Of a stretch of 64,000 nt of DNA, positions 43,699-52,554 are shown one piece after another. Made by a program: the position numbers and the translations under genes. This DNA comes from an uncultured cyanobacterium (lineage in GTDB: Bacteria; Cyanobacteriota; Cyanobacteriia; Cyanobacteriales; Cyanobacteriaceae). The stretch spans positions 192,001 to 256,000 of the forward strand of contig CAVQBA010000004.1 in the NCBI GenBank assembly GCA_963710605.1. Direction: 5' to 3'. Below the pieces are notes generated by a model. It made no database searches. It was not told the origin of the DNA and was given only the letters and a program-made list of their open reading frames with translations. Positions within the stretch are counted from its first letter, which is position 1. Each line of letters opens with the position of its first letter.

Positions 43699-43944
43699 TC
43701 AGTCTAAGAAAGGATAATCAGTATATCTTTCGGTTTCGTTATCACCGCCAGTGCCGTAAAAAGTTTTTGGATTAGCTTGATTTAATTCGGCAGTCACCAT
43801 AAAACGTTTTGGCAAATCGGGATTAGCAATGAATAAGCGACCATAAGAAACTAATTGTGCATTACCATTACTAATAGCTTCATTTCCTGTTTTTTTATCG
43901 TAATCGCCATTGGTAATAATTGTTCCTTCATACATATCTTGCAA
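43699..43944 (-). pseudogene. C-terminal remnant of an old-yellow-enzyme alkene reductase (NemA-like)
   Basis: GRLFIANPDLPKRF...TFYG...YTDYPFL is the OYE C-terminus; only 81 aa, with an in-frame stop just upstream. Confidence 0.85.
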
Positions 43945-43979
43945 TCTTGATTGAAATGACTATATATTGAATCATTAAA

Positions 43980-44081
43980 CTATAGCAATTTTGTTTGTTG
44001 GAGTAGATAATTTTTGCAAGGAGAAAAAGATCGACGATATTGAGGTGTCAAACCATATTTTTCGATCGCTTCTCGGTGTTT
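43980..44081 (-). pseudogene. C-terminal remnant of ribonuclease HII
   Basis: Manual translation KHREAIEKYGLTPQYRRSFSPC resembles the RnhB C-terminal H.EAI.K.G.TP.HR.SF motif; no start codon, upstream in-frame stop. Confidence 0.6.
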
Positions 44082-44188
44082 TCTCTTTTTGATTGCTCAT
44101 GATTGAATCTCTACATTAATCTGACTCAAGCACCCAAAATCGCTATACTAAAATGTGTATTAAGTTATATTAAAGATAATTAGAATTT

Positions 44189-44671
44189 ATGAAAGAAACG
44201 ATCAGAGAATTTTTACAACCAGTGGCGGATGTTTTTTCGGGTTTAGGTACTCCTGAATCGATCGTTCATTGGGGACATCCATTAATGATGGCAATCGTTA
44301 TATTTGTTGTCGGTACTTTTGCTGGTATTACAGGATGGAAAATTCGTACAGCTAACGAGACAGAAGTTGTTGGTAAAAGTAAAGAAGGACACCGCAAAAT
44401 AGCACCAATGTTATTATTGTTTATCACCTTAGGATATAGTGGAGGTATTTTGTCTTTAATTATGCAAGGAGAGCCTATTTTTTCAAGCGTCCATTTTTGG
44501 ACTGGCTCAACAGTTATAGGTTTATTAGCTTTAAATGGATTAATCTCATTAACTGGCTTCGGAGGAAATAAAGCTAGTTTACGGACAACACACGCTTATA
44601 TAGGTAGCACTGCGTTATTAATTTTGGTTGCCCATGCGATGTACGGTTTAAAATTAGGATTGTCGATTTAA
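44189..44671 (+). CDS. DUF4079 family membrane protein
   Basis: HWGHPLMM, SVHFWTG, RTTHAYIG: conserved His residues in a 4-TM protein. Confidence 0.8.
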   Translation: MKETIREFLQPVADVFSGLGTPESIVHWGHPLMMAIVIFVVGTFAGITGWKIRTANETEVVGKSKEGHRKIAPMLLLFITLGYSGGILSLIMQGEPIFSSVHFWTGSTVIGLLALNGLISLTGFGGNKASLRTTHAYIGSTALLILVAHAMYGLKLGLSI

Positions 44672-44738
44672 TTTGTCTTAAGTTGTTAAGAAATAACGAT
44701 TGAATCGATTGATCGATTATTACTCAAAAAAAAAGATG

Positions 44739-45191
44739 TTATTGACAGGTAAGTTTCCCAGAAGAAGCCAAACGTTTGTTTCTTTGGGCAACTAAAGTAA
44801 CTATATCTTCTCTACCTGTCATTTTTAAACGATACTTTGCCCAGATACCATATATTTTGTCGGCTATCTTACCTAAAATAGGTACTTTGCTAAAACTATA
44901 AACCCAACCCATACCTAGTACTTCATATACACGGCGAAAGACTTCTATATTAGTAACAACTTCACCACCATCTAAAATAGCGTGAATTTTATCCATCGCC
45001 ATTTGATAATCAATACCTGCGTTTTCAGCAGGAGAATAATCATCGTCGGCTATATCCACAAAAACGACTTTATTTCTACCTGCATCTTTTTTACGCAGAA
45101 AATTAACTTCTCTGACACATAAAGGGCAATCACTATCATACAGAAGTTTGATTTGCCATAGGTTAGGGTTTTTTGAGTTTTCAGAATCCAT
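44739..45191 (-). CDS. DCC1-like thiol-disulfide oxidoreductase (DUF393)
   Basis: LLYDSDCPLC motif, WAKYRL..TGR. Confidence 0.85.
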   Translation of the reverse strand: MDSENSKNPNLWQIKLLYDSDCPLCVREVNFLRKKDAGRNKVVFVDIADDDYSPAENAGIDYQMAMDKIHAILDGGEVVTNIEVFRRVYEVLGMGWVYSFSKVPILGKIADKIYGIWAKYRLKMTGREDIVTLVAQRNKRLASSGKLTCQ

Positions 45192-45282
45192 TTTATTAAT
45201 TAATTATAATTGCCAACATACTTACTAACGAGAAGTAGGAAGTGAGAAGTGATAAATGAAAAGTTAGTTATAAACGATCTGA

Positions 45283-45315
45283 TTCTCAATTCTCAATTCT
45301 CAATTCTCAATTCTC
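45283..45315. repeat. heptamer tandem repeat (TTCTCAA)x4+
   Basis: Read directly. Confidence 0.85.
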
Positions 45316-45852
45316 TTACATGTATCTTCTGGCTAATTTAAGAGCATCAGCTACATCAACATCACCATCACCATCAGTATCTAAAAAACCTGATAAAACA
45401 GAATTAGAACCCATACCAGCACCGATATTAGAACCCATAGTATTACCTCTGTTACCTGTTTTAAGTAGATTTAGGACCAAAGGGACTAAAAATGGTAATA
45501 TTTTTCGTACTGTACCATGACTCATTCCTGTTCTAGCTTCTATTTCTCTCATTAAGCCTTGTAGTTGAGGTGCGGAGAAAAGAGTCCGTACGATTTGATT
45601 GTTGGGGTTAGTACCACCATATTGAGAAATTAAATTTTCAACCCCTGCTTGCCCTCTTCGTTGACGTTGTTGTCTTAGTGCATTTTTGGTATATTTACCA
45701 ACTACAGACATTGCTGATTGAATAGAATCAGGATTAGCTTTACTGTTTCGTCCAAGAGTATTAACCGTGTTGAGGATACCTGATAATTGCGAAGGATTTG
45801 CTTCTGCTTGAGGATTGTCGATCGCATCTAGAATATGATTAAATAAACCCAT
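45316..45852 (-). CDS. DUF937-like hypothetical protein with a C-terminal Ca-binding-like loop
   Basis: MGLFNHIL..., ILPFLVPLVL, LDTDGDGDVDVAD. Confidence 0.7.
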   Translation of the reverse strand: MGLFNHILDAIDNPQAEANPSQLSGILNTVNTLGRNSKANPDSIQSAMSVVGKYTKNALRQQRQRRGQAGVENLISQYGGTNPNNQIVRTLFSAPQLQGLMREIEARTGMSHGTVRKILPFLVPLVLNLLKTGNRGNTMGSNIGAGMGSNSVLSGFLDTDGDGDVDVADALKLARRYM

Positions 45853-45876
45853 AATTGATAATTTGATAATAGTTGA

Positions 45877-46716
45877 TTAAATTTCATCTACAGCAATAAA
45901 ATCTGCTGCTTTTTTTCTTAGTCGAGAAAAGTCACGATATTTCGCTTCGATAAACATATGAAAGCTATAGGAAATTAAACCTAAACCGATCACACTTAGT
46001 AAAATTTTACCTTGACGTTGTCTAGCGATAAGTTCTAATATTTGGTCCAAGCCTGCGGCAGTTTCAGGATTGAATTGTCTTGCTGATTCAATTAAAAAAA
46101 AGCCAATCAAAATAAAGATCACTCCACGGGCAGTAAAGCCAAATTTACTAATTGCGGTAGTTACTGTCAGATATTTGCTGTTTTTATCTTCTTTTAAATT
46201 AGACTCATAAGAAAGTTTTTTGTTAAAGGCACGATAGAAAAAAAAAGAACCAACACCAATAACCCCAGTGCCAATACATCCAATCAAAAATTGACCGAAT
46301 GGCTGATACATGAGTCGAGCTGTTAAATCTGCTGTTGAATCAAGATCATCTTCATCTAAATTAAGAATTATTTTAAGAGCGGTAAGAGCCGAGCCACCAT
46401 AGCTAATTCCACTACAAATATAACTGATCCTTTTAAAAATTTTCTTTTTTTTAAATTCAAAACCGTAAGGACTAAACGCCTCAAATAGTCGCCAAAAGGC
46501 ATAACAAAACAAACCTCCTGCTACAACTAGTAAGATAGGTTTACCCAAAGGTTGGATTGCAATTAACCTCAATGCACCTCGACTATCGGCTGTTTCTGAA
46601 CTGATTCCAAAAGCTAGTCGAAAGCAAAGTAAGCCAAGAAGAAAATAAACTAATCCTTTTGTCAAACAACCAAATCTTGCTAACTTCTCGAACCATGATG
46701 TTCTTACCTCTACCAT
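45877..46716 (-). CDS. DUF1206 family membrane protein
   Basis: Three repeats of ARFG..KG..Y / QP.G..LL two-helix units. Confidence 0.8.
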   Translation of the reverse strand: MVEVRTSWFEKLARFGCLTKGLVYFLLGLLCFRLAFGISSETADSRGALRLIAIQPLGKPILLVVAGGLFCYAFWRLFEAFSPYGFEFKKKKIFKRISYICSGISYGGSALTALKIILNLDEDDLDSTADLTARLMYQPFGQFLIGCIGTGVIGVGSFFFYRAFNKKLSYESNLKEDKNSKYLTVTTAISKFGFTARGVIFILIGFFLIESARQFNPETAAGLDQILELIARQRQGKILLSVIGLGLISYSFHMFIEAKYRDFSRLRKKAADFIAVDEI

Positions 46717-46750
46717 CTCACTGTAAAATAACTAATAAGTAAATATTAGT

Positions 46751-46969
46751 TTATCTTGCGTCATCTCTAGCTTTTAAACGATCGACCATCGAAAGTTCCT
46801 CGTTATCATCAACTTCTACACCCATATCAGAAGCTATTTCTTCTACATTGTGATAGTCTTTATCGCCATTACTCGAATTATCGAGAGGATTAGTACTAGC
46901 TACCGCTTTTTCTGGGACTACTTTTGCTTGATACTCGGTATTATTGATTTGCTCTGGATTAGTATTCAT
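46751..46969 (-). CDS. small acidic hypothetical protein (resembles the DUF6335 C-terminus)
   Basis: VEEIASDMGVEVDDNEELSMVDRLKARD. Confidence 0.6.
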   Translation of the reverse strand: MNTNPEQINNTEYQAKVVPEKAVASTNPLDNSSNGDKDYHNVEEIASDMGVEVDDNEELSMVDRLKARDDAR

Positions 46970-47012
46970 ATTTTTATTGTAATAGTATCAATGATGTGTT
47001 ATTAATTTAAAC

Positions 47013-47051
47013 AAAAAAAAGTATAGGAGTAGTTAATTCCTATACTTTTTT
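47013..47051. terminator. intrinsic terminator downstream of the CsbD-family gene
   Basis: aaaaaaaagtatagga-gtagttaat-tcctatactttttt inverted repeat. Confidence 0.75.
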
Positions 47052-47076
47052 GCTAATTATTAAATTAAATTGTTAA

Positions 47077-47259
47077 TTAGTCGATGACATCTTTTGCTTT
47101 ATCTTTCACATCTTCTTTAGCATGTTCGGTAGAAGCTTGTGCTTGTTTTGCTTTACCTTCTGCTTTATCCTTGGTATCTCCGGTTACATTACCTAAAGCT
47201 TCTTGTGCTTTACCTTCGACGTTTTTAGCTGTTGCTTTAGCTCTATCTTCAATACTCAT
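47077..47259 (-). CDS. CsbD family stress protein
   Basis: EGKAQEALGNVTGD...AEGKAKQ; AGGAG Shine-Dalgarno upstream. Confidence 0.9.
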   Translation of the reverse strand: MSIEDRAKATAKNVEGKAQEALGNVTGDTKDKAEGKAKQAQASTEHAKEDVKDKAKDVID

Positions 47260-47517
47260 AAATCTGTTCTCCTTATTTAATTATTTTTGTGAGTTATTAA
47301 ACTTTGTTTTTTTAAGTTTTTTATTCAACTTACATTTACTATGTTATGTTATCGATTCCTGACTTTACTCTATCTAAAGTTATATATTATTCTGTTCTAA
47401 ACTATCGAAAGGAATAGTCCTTAAAGGTTTCAATCATAAACCATAGTTCAAAATCTTATCACTTATCTCAGAAGTAACTATTAATAAATCTATGCAAACT
47501 TTGATATCTCGATCGAT

Positions 47518-49584
47518 TTAATTTTCCACAGTAATGATTTTGGTATATTCAAATTGATCATCACTTTTCTTGACTAAAGGATATTCTGTGTTGTTAAGTA
47601 CGATCGAATCTAACTGACAATCTTTTTTAGGCGAATGATAAACTAAAATGTATTGTTTGCTCAGATAAGGATTCATTTCTTGCTCTACTTCGTTACGCCA
47701 TTGCGTCTTGGTAACTAAAACAATTAATTGATTAGCTAATTGCGGAAGTGATTTAGCAACTTGCCGACGATAGATTTCGTCTAAACTACCAAAAGGGCTA
47801 TCCATGACGATCGGAAATTTACTTGAATCTAAACCCATCAAACTACTTTGTTGTGACCATTCCCTGACCATATCAATAATCGCTCCAATTAAAGACAAAC
47901 TTAAAATTTGATTTTCTCCTGTAGAAGCGGCTACTAATTGTTTTTTTCCTGCTGTATTTTCACTTAAACTTATTTCGTAGTTTTCACTTAAATAAGGTTG
48001 ATAAGGAGTGAAAGAAATTTCTTGAAAAATCTCTTGTAATCTTTTTTCTAAGGCAATTCTAAATTGTGTTTCTAATCTTTTTTTTACTTGCGACAGACAA
48101 TCAATTGAGTCTTGAGCGGCGGTAATACGACGTACGATTAGTTTTTGTTTTTCGGCTTTAATTTCTTGTTTTTGTATTTGTTTATCTAAGCTAATTAATA
48201 TTTCGTCTATTTCTTCTATTTGAATATTTATTTCTCCCTGAGTTAAAGTCAGTTGTCTGATATGTTGTTCTATTTCGTCTAGTTTTTTCTGAGTTTGCTG
48301 AATATTTTGGTCTGGATATTGACGTAATTGTTCGTTTAAATCATCTAATTTATTTTCCACTTCACTTAATTTAGTACGCCATTGATTAAGATTCGTTTTA
48401 TATTGATTAATTTCTTGCCAGAATGTATTTAATTGTGGAGGAAATAAATTTACTCGGCTTTCTAGTCTAATTATTGTTGCTTCTGTTTTTATCTCTGTTG
48501 CTTTTTCTTGCCATTTATCAACTTGTTTGTAGCTATCTGTTTCAGGAATCAAATCATGTCCACAAATACATTTTTGTTGTTCTAACAGTTGTTGAATAAA
48601 TTGTTTTTCTATTCCATTGTAAGGTGTCTTTTCTTGATTTTTTAGTTGATTAATTAACTGCTGAAATTTTTGGCTAGCTGAGGAGGAAAAAACTAAATAT
48701 CCTTGAGTCGAAATCTTTTTTTTGATCGTTTGTTTACCATCAATAAGTTGTTGTCTTAATTGTTTTTCTTCTTGTAATAGTCTTTGTTTGAGTTGTTGTA
48801 ATTTTTCAATCCCACTGATAATTAACATTTCTTGAGTTAATTTATCTTTTTCTTGTTCTAGCTTTTTTAAACGATGAATGATTAATTTTTCATCTTTAAG
48901 ATTGTTTTGTTTTTTATTTTCTTGTTTTTCTTTTTCTTGAACTAATTTTTTAATTTCTAAATCGCCTAATTCAGTTAATTCTGTATGTAAAGTTTTTTCG
49001 GCTTTTTTGAGATGATTAATCGATTGTTCTAAAATTTTGATTCCGATTAACTCTTTAGTGTCTTCGGCTATTTTTTGTTTCTTTTCTCCTCTTAAAAGAT
49101 GATCAATATGTTCACCATCAAAAAAGAAATATTGATATAAACTTCGAGGTAGAATCTTTTCGATAATATCTTGAGGTAGTTGCGAAGGATGTTTCCATTT
49201 ACCATCATCATCAGCAACCATCATAAATAATTGCGTTTTCGTAACTTCTAAGGGTTTATGTTTGTGAAGATAACCCCGAAATTTTCTTTTTAATTGATAT
49301 GTTTTAAAATCATGTTCAAAAACAATATCGACATAACATTCTAGAGATTCACCATCAGCGGTTTCTCTTATCGCTCTTTTATTAATTAATGATTTAGGCT
49401 CATTAAACGCCCCTGTAAATTCTTCGTATAATACCCAAGTAAAAGCATTCAAAATAGTCGTTTTACCCGAACCGTTATTACCGTGAATGATGGTTGTGTT
49501 TTCTTTTCCATTACCGAAGTTAATAATTGGTGTTTCGTGATAAAACTGACGAAAATTAAATAATTGAATGCTAATAATTTTCAC
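47518..49584 (-). CDS. DndD-like SMC/Rad50-type ABC ATPase with CxC hook
   Basis: NFRQF, GNNGSGKT Walker A, FFFDGE Q-loop, coiled coil with central CICG, ASTGE signature, MDSPFGSLD Walker B/D-loop. Confidence 0.85.
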   Translation of the reverse strand: MKIISIQLFNFRQFYHETPIINFGNGKENTTIIHGNNGSGKTTILNAFTWVLYEEFTGAFNEPKSLINKRAIRETADGESLECYVDIVFEHDFKTYQLKRKFRGYLHKHKPLEVTKTQLFMMVADDDGKWKHPSQLPQDIIEKILPRSLYQYFFFDGEHIDHLLRGEKKQKIAEDTKELIGIKILEQSINHLKKAEKTLHTELTELGDLEIKKLVQEKEKQENKKQNNLKDEKLIIHRLKKLEQEKDKLTQEMLIISGIEKLQQLKQRLLQEEKQLRQQLIDGKQTIKKKISTQGYLVFSSSASQKFQQLINQLKNQEKTPYNGIEKQFIQQLLEQQKCICGHDLIPETDSYKQVDKWQEKATEIKTEATIIRLESRVNLFPPQLNTFWQEINQYKTNLNQWRTKLSEVENKLDDLNEQLRQYPDQNIQQTQKKLDEIEQHIRQLTLTQGEINIQIEEIDEILISLDKQIQKQEIKAEKQKLIVRRITAAQDSIDCLSQVKKRLETQFRIALEKRLQEIFQEISFTPYQPYLSENYEISLSENTAGKKQLVAASTGENQILSLSLIGAIIDMVREWSQQSSLMGLDSSKFPIVMDSPFGSLDEIYRRQVAKSLPQLANQLIVLVTKTQWRNEVEQEMNPYLSKQYILVYHSPKKDCQLDSIVLNNTEYPLVKKSDDQFEYTKIITVEN

Positions 49585-49754
49585 TGGATATTTTGTTTGA
49601 TAATCTGTAAAATATCGTCATTAATATGACGAAGACTTTTTTGGCTAAGTTTTTCTTTTTCTAATTGTAAAACTTGCTCGACGATCGTTTTTATTTCAGG
49701 TTTAGCTTGATTAATTGGTTCGGTTATTTGTTGTAAATTATAATAACTATTCAT
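49581..49754 (-). CDS. 57-aa helical protein coupled to the CxC ATPase (not in ORF track)
   Basis: MNSYYNLQQITEPINQAKPEIKTIVEQVLQLEKEKLSQKSLRHINDDILQIIKQNIQ; its TGA overlaps the ATPase GTG (GTGA). Confidence 0.75.
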   Translation of the reverse strand: MNSYYNLQQITEPINQAKPEIKTIVEQVLQLEKEKLSQKSLRHINDDILQIIKQNIQ

Positions 49755-49810
49755 AATATATTAAAGGTCAAAGGGTAAAGAGAGAGAGAACAATGAACAG
49801 TTATTCTTGT

Positions 49811-49847
49811 TATTCCCTATTCCCTATTCCCTATTCCCTATTCCCTA
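49811..49847. repeat. heptamer tandem repeat (TATTCCC)x5
   Basis: Read directly; reverse complement of the unit at 4876. Confidence 0.9.
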
Positions 49848-49849
49848 AC

Positions 49850-51577
49850 TTAATAGTAACTACCGACTTTACGATGATGTACGGCGGTGATATTGTCGGG
49901 TTTGGAAACTCTACCATCTGTCACTTGTGAGTAAACAATCCAGTGATCTCCACAATCCATACGACTAACAACAGTACATTCTAAATAGGCTAAAGCGTCT
50001 ATTAAAATTGGTGATTGGTTATTTGCCGTTTTAGTTTTAACTCCTTCAAATCGATCGGCACCAGGTGGGAAACGTTTAAGGAAGTGTTTCATTAAGCCTT
50101 GATAGTTACCTTCTTCTAAGATGTTTAGAACAAAAGTATCATGAACTTGCATCAAAGACTCGATCGCTCTATCTTTAGCCACAGCCACGGTAAAACCGGG
50201 TGGAGAGAAACTTGCTTGACTTACCCAAGAAGCCAACATCGCCCCTTTTGTTTCACTTTTTGATGCGGTAATAATATACAAACCACCACTCAAACGCCCC
50301 ATGGCTTTGCTTAAGTCGTTATCAACAGATTTTACTTTTTTGATCTTAGTTTTTTGACTGAAAATTTGCCCTAAGTCAACTCCTGATTCTTCACAAATTT
50401 GATAAGTATTAGAGTGGGGAGTTTCTTTAATCTTAATGGGGGCGAAGGCTTCGTTTAAACCTAAGTTTCTTAGTTTAGAGGCAATTGGATCAATCGGTTC
50501 ATCATCTCCACCATAAGACTCATACAAACCGAAGGTTTGCTTTGATTTGACACTAGCTAAAATCGTCCCTATTTTATTACTCATCTGGTTATTATCATTA
50601 TTTGATAAAGGAGGCATACCTAAGATAATACCCGCCGCTGAGCTAGTAATAGCGGTGATTTCGTGTATATCAGTAGCATTGATGTCAATCATCTCGACTT
50701 CTACTCCTGTTTTGGTTACTCCTTTGGCGATGGCTTGAGAAAGTCTGTCGCTATAGCCATAATCGGAGACATAAAAAACAATGATAATCTTGTTACCTTT
50801 GGTTTGCTCTTTACTCCATGTTTGGTAACGGTTTAAAAGTTCTTGATAGTTATATTTTAAAATAGGTCCATGTCCATTAGCTACCAAAGAAATTTCACCT
50901 AATGCAGACATCCGTTTCATTGCCGATAAAACCGATCGAGCATTTGGTCCCATCAAACAGTCATAATAAAAACGATAATCAGCTTCAATATCGGTCAAAT
51001 TTTTGTCGTAAATATCGGCACTGCAATAGTGTAAACCAAAAGCATCACAAGTAAAAAGAGCTTGTGTACCGTGATCATAACTAAAGATAGTATCTGGCCA
51101 ATGTAAGTTAGGGGCATTGATAAATTCGATGATATGACCGTTACCTAGATCGATTTGGTCGCCATTTTTAACAATTTGTTTATTGAAGTCTTGATGGATA
51201 AATCCTTCTAAAAACTGTATTGCTACTTTAGAAGCGACGATCGTGATTTCTGGTGCGATCGCTAATAAATCTTTCACCAAACCACTGTGATCAGGTTCAG
51301 TATGGGAAATTATTAAATAATCCAATTTTGAGGGATCAATTACTTGATTTAAGGCATCAAAATATAATTGTTTAAACTTGAGATGAGAAGTATCAACAAG
51401 TGCGTTTTTTTCGCTTTCAATCACATAAGAATTATAGGTAGTACCATTTTGTAAACCAAACTCAATATCAAAACGATCGCGATCCCAATCTAGAGAACGA
51501 ATAGTCGTTGTATCGGGTGCAATAACATCTATTTGAGTTGTCAAACGTGGTGCTGTTTTTACCGGAGTTGCAACCAT
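49850..51577 (-). CDS. flv3: flavodiiron (diflavin) protein, Flv3-like
   Basis: RSLDWDRDRFDIEFGLQNGTTYNS, HTEPDHS diiron ligands, flavodoxin and flavin-reductase domains; not in a flv4-flv2 operon. Confidence 0.75.
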   Translation of the reverse strand: MVATPVKTAPRLTTQIDVIAPDTTTIRSLDWDRDRFDIEFGLQNGTTYNSYVIESEKNALVDTSHLKFKQLYFDALNQVIDPSKLDYLIISHTEPDHSGLVKDLLAIAPEITIVASKVAIQFLEGFIHQDFNKQIVKNGDQIDLGNGHIIEFINAPNLHWPDTIFSYDHGTQALFTCDAFGLHYCSADIYDKNLTDIEADYRFYYDCLMGPNARSVLSAMKRMSALGEISLVANGHGPILKYNYQELLNRYQTWSKEQTKGNKIIIVFYVSDYGYSDRLSQAIAKGVTKTGVEVEMIDINATDIHEITAITSSAAGIILGMPPLSNNDNNQMSNKIGTILASVKSKQTFGLYESYGGDDEPIDPIASKLRNLGLNEAFAPIKIKETPHSNTYQICEESGVDLGQIFSQKTKIKKVKSVDNDLSKAMGRLSGGLYIITASKSETKGAMLASWVSQASFSPPGFTVAVAKDRAIESLMQVHDTFVLNILEEGNYQGLMKHFLKRFPPGADRFEGVKTKTANNQSPILIDALAYLECTVVSRMDCGDHWIVYSQVTDGRVSKPDNITAVHHRKVGSYY

Positions 51578-51968
51578 GAATTAAACCTTTATTTTTATTT
51601 TATCTTTATTTTCTATTATACTTGTTGGGTATTTGTACTGGGGATAAGAATAGTTAATCACCAATTATTAATTACTAATCATTGAAAATTAAGTAATTCT
51701 TTGGTTAGATTAATCATTATCAGGTTTTATCAAGACAAAATCTTTTTTTTGTTATCGTTATCGTGATTTATTAAGATTAATAATTATTCGGTAGCAAACT
51801 GATGAAGAAAAGTAAACAAATAAGCTTTAATTGTCTAGTTCTAAATTACTAACCAAGTAGCTGAAAAATTTGTCTGATATGATTTTGGTAAGCGTAACAT
51901 TATGTTATGATAGTTGACATAATGAAATAATAAAAAAACTTATACGATATATAGGAGTAACAAATCAC

Positions 51969-52436
51969 ATGGCTGGTTTTTTTGGCTTATTCGGTAACAA
52001 AAACAAAAAACAACAATCTAAAGACGCTTATTTCTTAAGTTCAGATGATTCTAAAACATATGGCGACATCGACTATATGCGTACTGCCAAAACAGTAAGA
52101 AGAACATTTGTCAAAACAATTGGTAATCCTGATGGTGGCGAATCTATTTCTACACTTTCTTCGGTACAAAAAGCCAAAAAAAATGCTGTTAGTGATCCAG
52201 CTACATTTGGTGATTATAAACCTTCTAACGGTACATCTAACAGTAGTTTTAATAACTCTCAAAGTTTTCAACCTACTCAGCCGGCTCAAAGTTTCCAACC
52301 TACTCAGCCGACTCAACCGGTTCAAAAATCTCAACCTGCACCATCTGCACCAACTCCAAGTACACCGAAAAAAAGACCTAGTGCTGACAGTAACATGGAT
52401 ATGTTCCGCAACATGGCAAAAAAAATTAGAAAATAA
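51969..52436 (+). CDS. low-complexity cyanobacterial hypothetical protein
   Basis: AGGAG Shine-Dalgarno, AYFL..DDSKTYGDIDYMR, MDMFRNMAK; 27-bp tandem duplication at 52258-52311. Confidence 0.8.
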   Translation: MAGFFGLFGNKNKKQQSKDAYFLSSDDSKTYGDIDYMRTAKTVRRTFVKTIGNPDGGESISTLSSVQKAKKNAVSDPATFGDYKPSNGTSNSSFNNSQSFQPTQPAQSFQPTQPTQPVQKSQPAPSAPTPSTPKKRPSADSNMDMFRNMAKKIRK

Positions 52437-52470
52437 ATTGTTAGACATATTTATCTAACTTATTTACTAG

Positions 52471-52495
52471 AGGCGAAGCTAATTCGCCTTTTTTT
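52471..52495 (+). terminator. intrinsic terminator
   Basis: aggcgaa-gctaa-ttcgcct followed by a T run. Confidence 0.75.
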
Positions 52496-52554
52496 AGTCT
52501 TTTTTATTGGTTTGTGATAACGTAGTCATTAGTTAGATGTAGTAGGATTCAATA

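Noticed and set aside
47084..47362. 92-aa + strand ORF over the CsbD-family gene
   Set aside because: Antisense to a clear CsbD gene that has its own Shine-Dalgarno and terminator
47518..49584. Calling the ATPase sbcC, recN or canonical dndD
   Set aside because: No sbcD or dndBCE neighbours and a CxC rather than CxxC hook, so no gene symbol was assigned
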